Source: Octopus bimaculoides
Taxonomy: Eukaryota
NCBI RefSeq assembly: GCF_001194135.2
Contig: NC_068987.1
Span: 59,344,351 to 59,377,964 of the forward strand
Direction of reading: 5' to 3'
DNA: 33,614 bases
A program made the translations under genes and the position numbers. The notes under the pieces are model-generated. The model saw only the letters and a program-made list of their open reading frames with translations, did not search any database and was not told the origin of the DNA. This document shows, piece by piece, positions 31,960 through 33,614 of this stretch (position 1 is the stretch's first letter; every line of letters starts with the position of its first letter).

Positions 31960-33296
31960 CTTTAAACAAATTTGGTTGATTCCTCTTTTTCACTTTACGA
32001 AAGTGTATATGAAGATAAGCTGTTTTTATCTCTCTGTAACATATAGTATTGGTTAAAATCTATAGAATTAAACTATTGAAGACAAAAGAGATAACTCTAC
32101 TGATGTAGTGGATAGATAATAACCCGAACAACCATTTGGAATCCTATAAATTTGTAAACTGAAGCAGTTAATACTTCCCATTTGCTTTAGTTTTTATTCA
32201 CTTCTGTAAGAATAAAAATTGCGACATGAGCTATAACTGAAGTTAGTCCAAAGAGAAAATATTAGAGATAATGGTCACGAATGTGATAGAAGTAAATACG
32301 AAATCAAGCTTTGGTGAAGCAATGTAAATAAAGAGCGATGTAGGCCGCAGTAGTTATTCATTTTGCTGGGGGGGGGGGTCCCCCTGAATCAACCGTGATC
32401 AATTGACCGATAACATTCTAAATGAATCCCACCCACCATTTTCTTTTATACCAAGATAATACAGCCAGAAGTGACAATATCTGTTCTTCACAACGCTTCA
32501 TTTCATTTAATGGAAATCGTATTAATCCACATGCTGAACATATAGATCATAAATAATAATAATAATAATAATTATTTATATATATATATATATATATACA
32601 CATATATATAATGTGTGTGTGTTTGTGTGTGTGTTTAAGTATAGGGACAAGAACAACTTGATTAATAATAGATTAGACCTAAGGGTATCATGTGTGCATA
32701 GCGTCGACCGTACATTTAAGTATTTTCGAAATTAGCGATTATAGGTGCAACACTTGCACTTTTGGTGTCGTATCCGTAGTAAACTTACCCTCTAGTATTT
32801 AATATAAAACCATGGGATATTATGTTATATGGTGAATTAAATTGCATTGCATATGTTATAAGCTATATGTTATGGTATGTGGTGTGCTATATGTAATTAC
32901 TATCCCATGATAACTCCTCCCTAGTTAGTCTGACTTCATCATATTTTTGGTGATTAAACTATTTTTTCTTTTTTTTTTCATTTCTATAATGTCTGATCAT
33001 ATGTATATTTGTAATGGCTTTTATGTAAGTAAGTCTCCTAATTATACACCCCCTAGAAACTATAAAATCATATATTTAATAGCACCTGTAACATAACAAC
33101 TTATAAAATCTCTTCGGTTTGAATACCTCTAACTGCCCTCACTACACCCATACCTACTACCTCCTCTTTTAGAGTTACCTTTATATCTTCCCTACCTCAA
33201 AATTTAATACCCTATCTCTTTAAATGTAGGTTATGTATATTTCTCATTTTCTATAAATTCTTATTATTTTGTTTTCTTATTTTGATATCCTTACCT

Positions 33297-33590
33297 ATTA
33301 ACCTCTTATCCATTATAAGTTGTTACTGTTCTTAAATAGAAATTTTTCAGCTACTTAGGTCTATGCGAGGGGATTATACTATATCCATATAAACGTATGA
33401 ATATTTGTATATGTGTATGTATGCATATATGTGCATAATCCATTAACTTCTTATCCCTTATAAATTGTTATTTTTCTTGTTCGTAAATAAATACTTTTCA
33501 GTTACTTAAGTCTATGCAAGATGGTTATACCATATCCTTATAAACGTATAAATATTTGTGTATGTGTATGTGTGCATGTGTGCACATATA
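33297..33590 (+). repeat. Imperfect ~145-150 bp tandem duplication
   Basis: attaac(c/t)tcttatcc..ttttcag(c/t)tactta(g/a)gtctatgc..ataaacgtat(g/a)aatatttgt..tgtgtatgt occurs twice. Confidence 0.85.
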
Positions 33591-33614
33591 TAAATATGTG
33601 TGTGTATCTGTACA

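Overview
AT-rich eukaryotic, repeat-dominated scaffold segment with five N gaps. The SINE families, compound microsatellites and MITEs match those I recall from coleoid cephalopods, most likely Octopus. I found no intact or identifiable host gene, only weak candidate exons. Decayed transposon ORFs: a near-full-length RTE-clade LINE (~3.5-7.0 kb, minus), the ORF1 plus endonuclease part of an L1/Tx1-like LINE (~12.9-15.3 kb, minus), a Helitron PIF1 helicase fragment (~22.1-22.4 kb) and a Penelope-like N-terminal remnant (~28.7 kb). There are about 20 tRNA-derived SINE pieces, some nested with visible target-site duplications, plus hAT- and piggyBac-type MITEs. The main finding is a set of short, ORF-less, microsatellite-embedded, palindromic elements that share sequence modules and carry hammerhead ribozyme motifs. 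One motif (9200-9294, minus) has a fully intact catalytic core and an unusual 53-nt insert in stem II. A second (18849-18892) is decayed, and a third (16988-17058) is incomplete or permuted. All alignments and folds were done by eye. Family names are from memory, not database searches.
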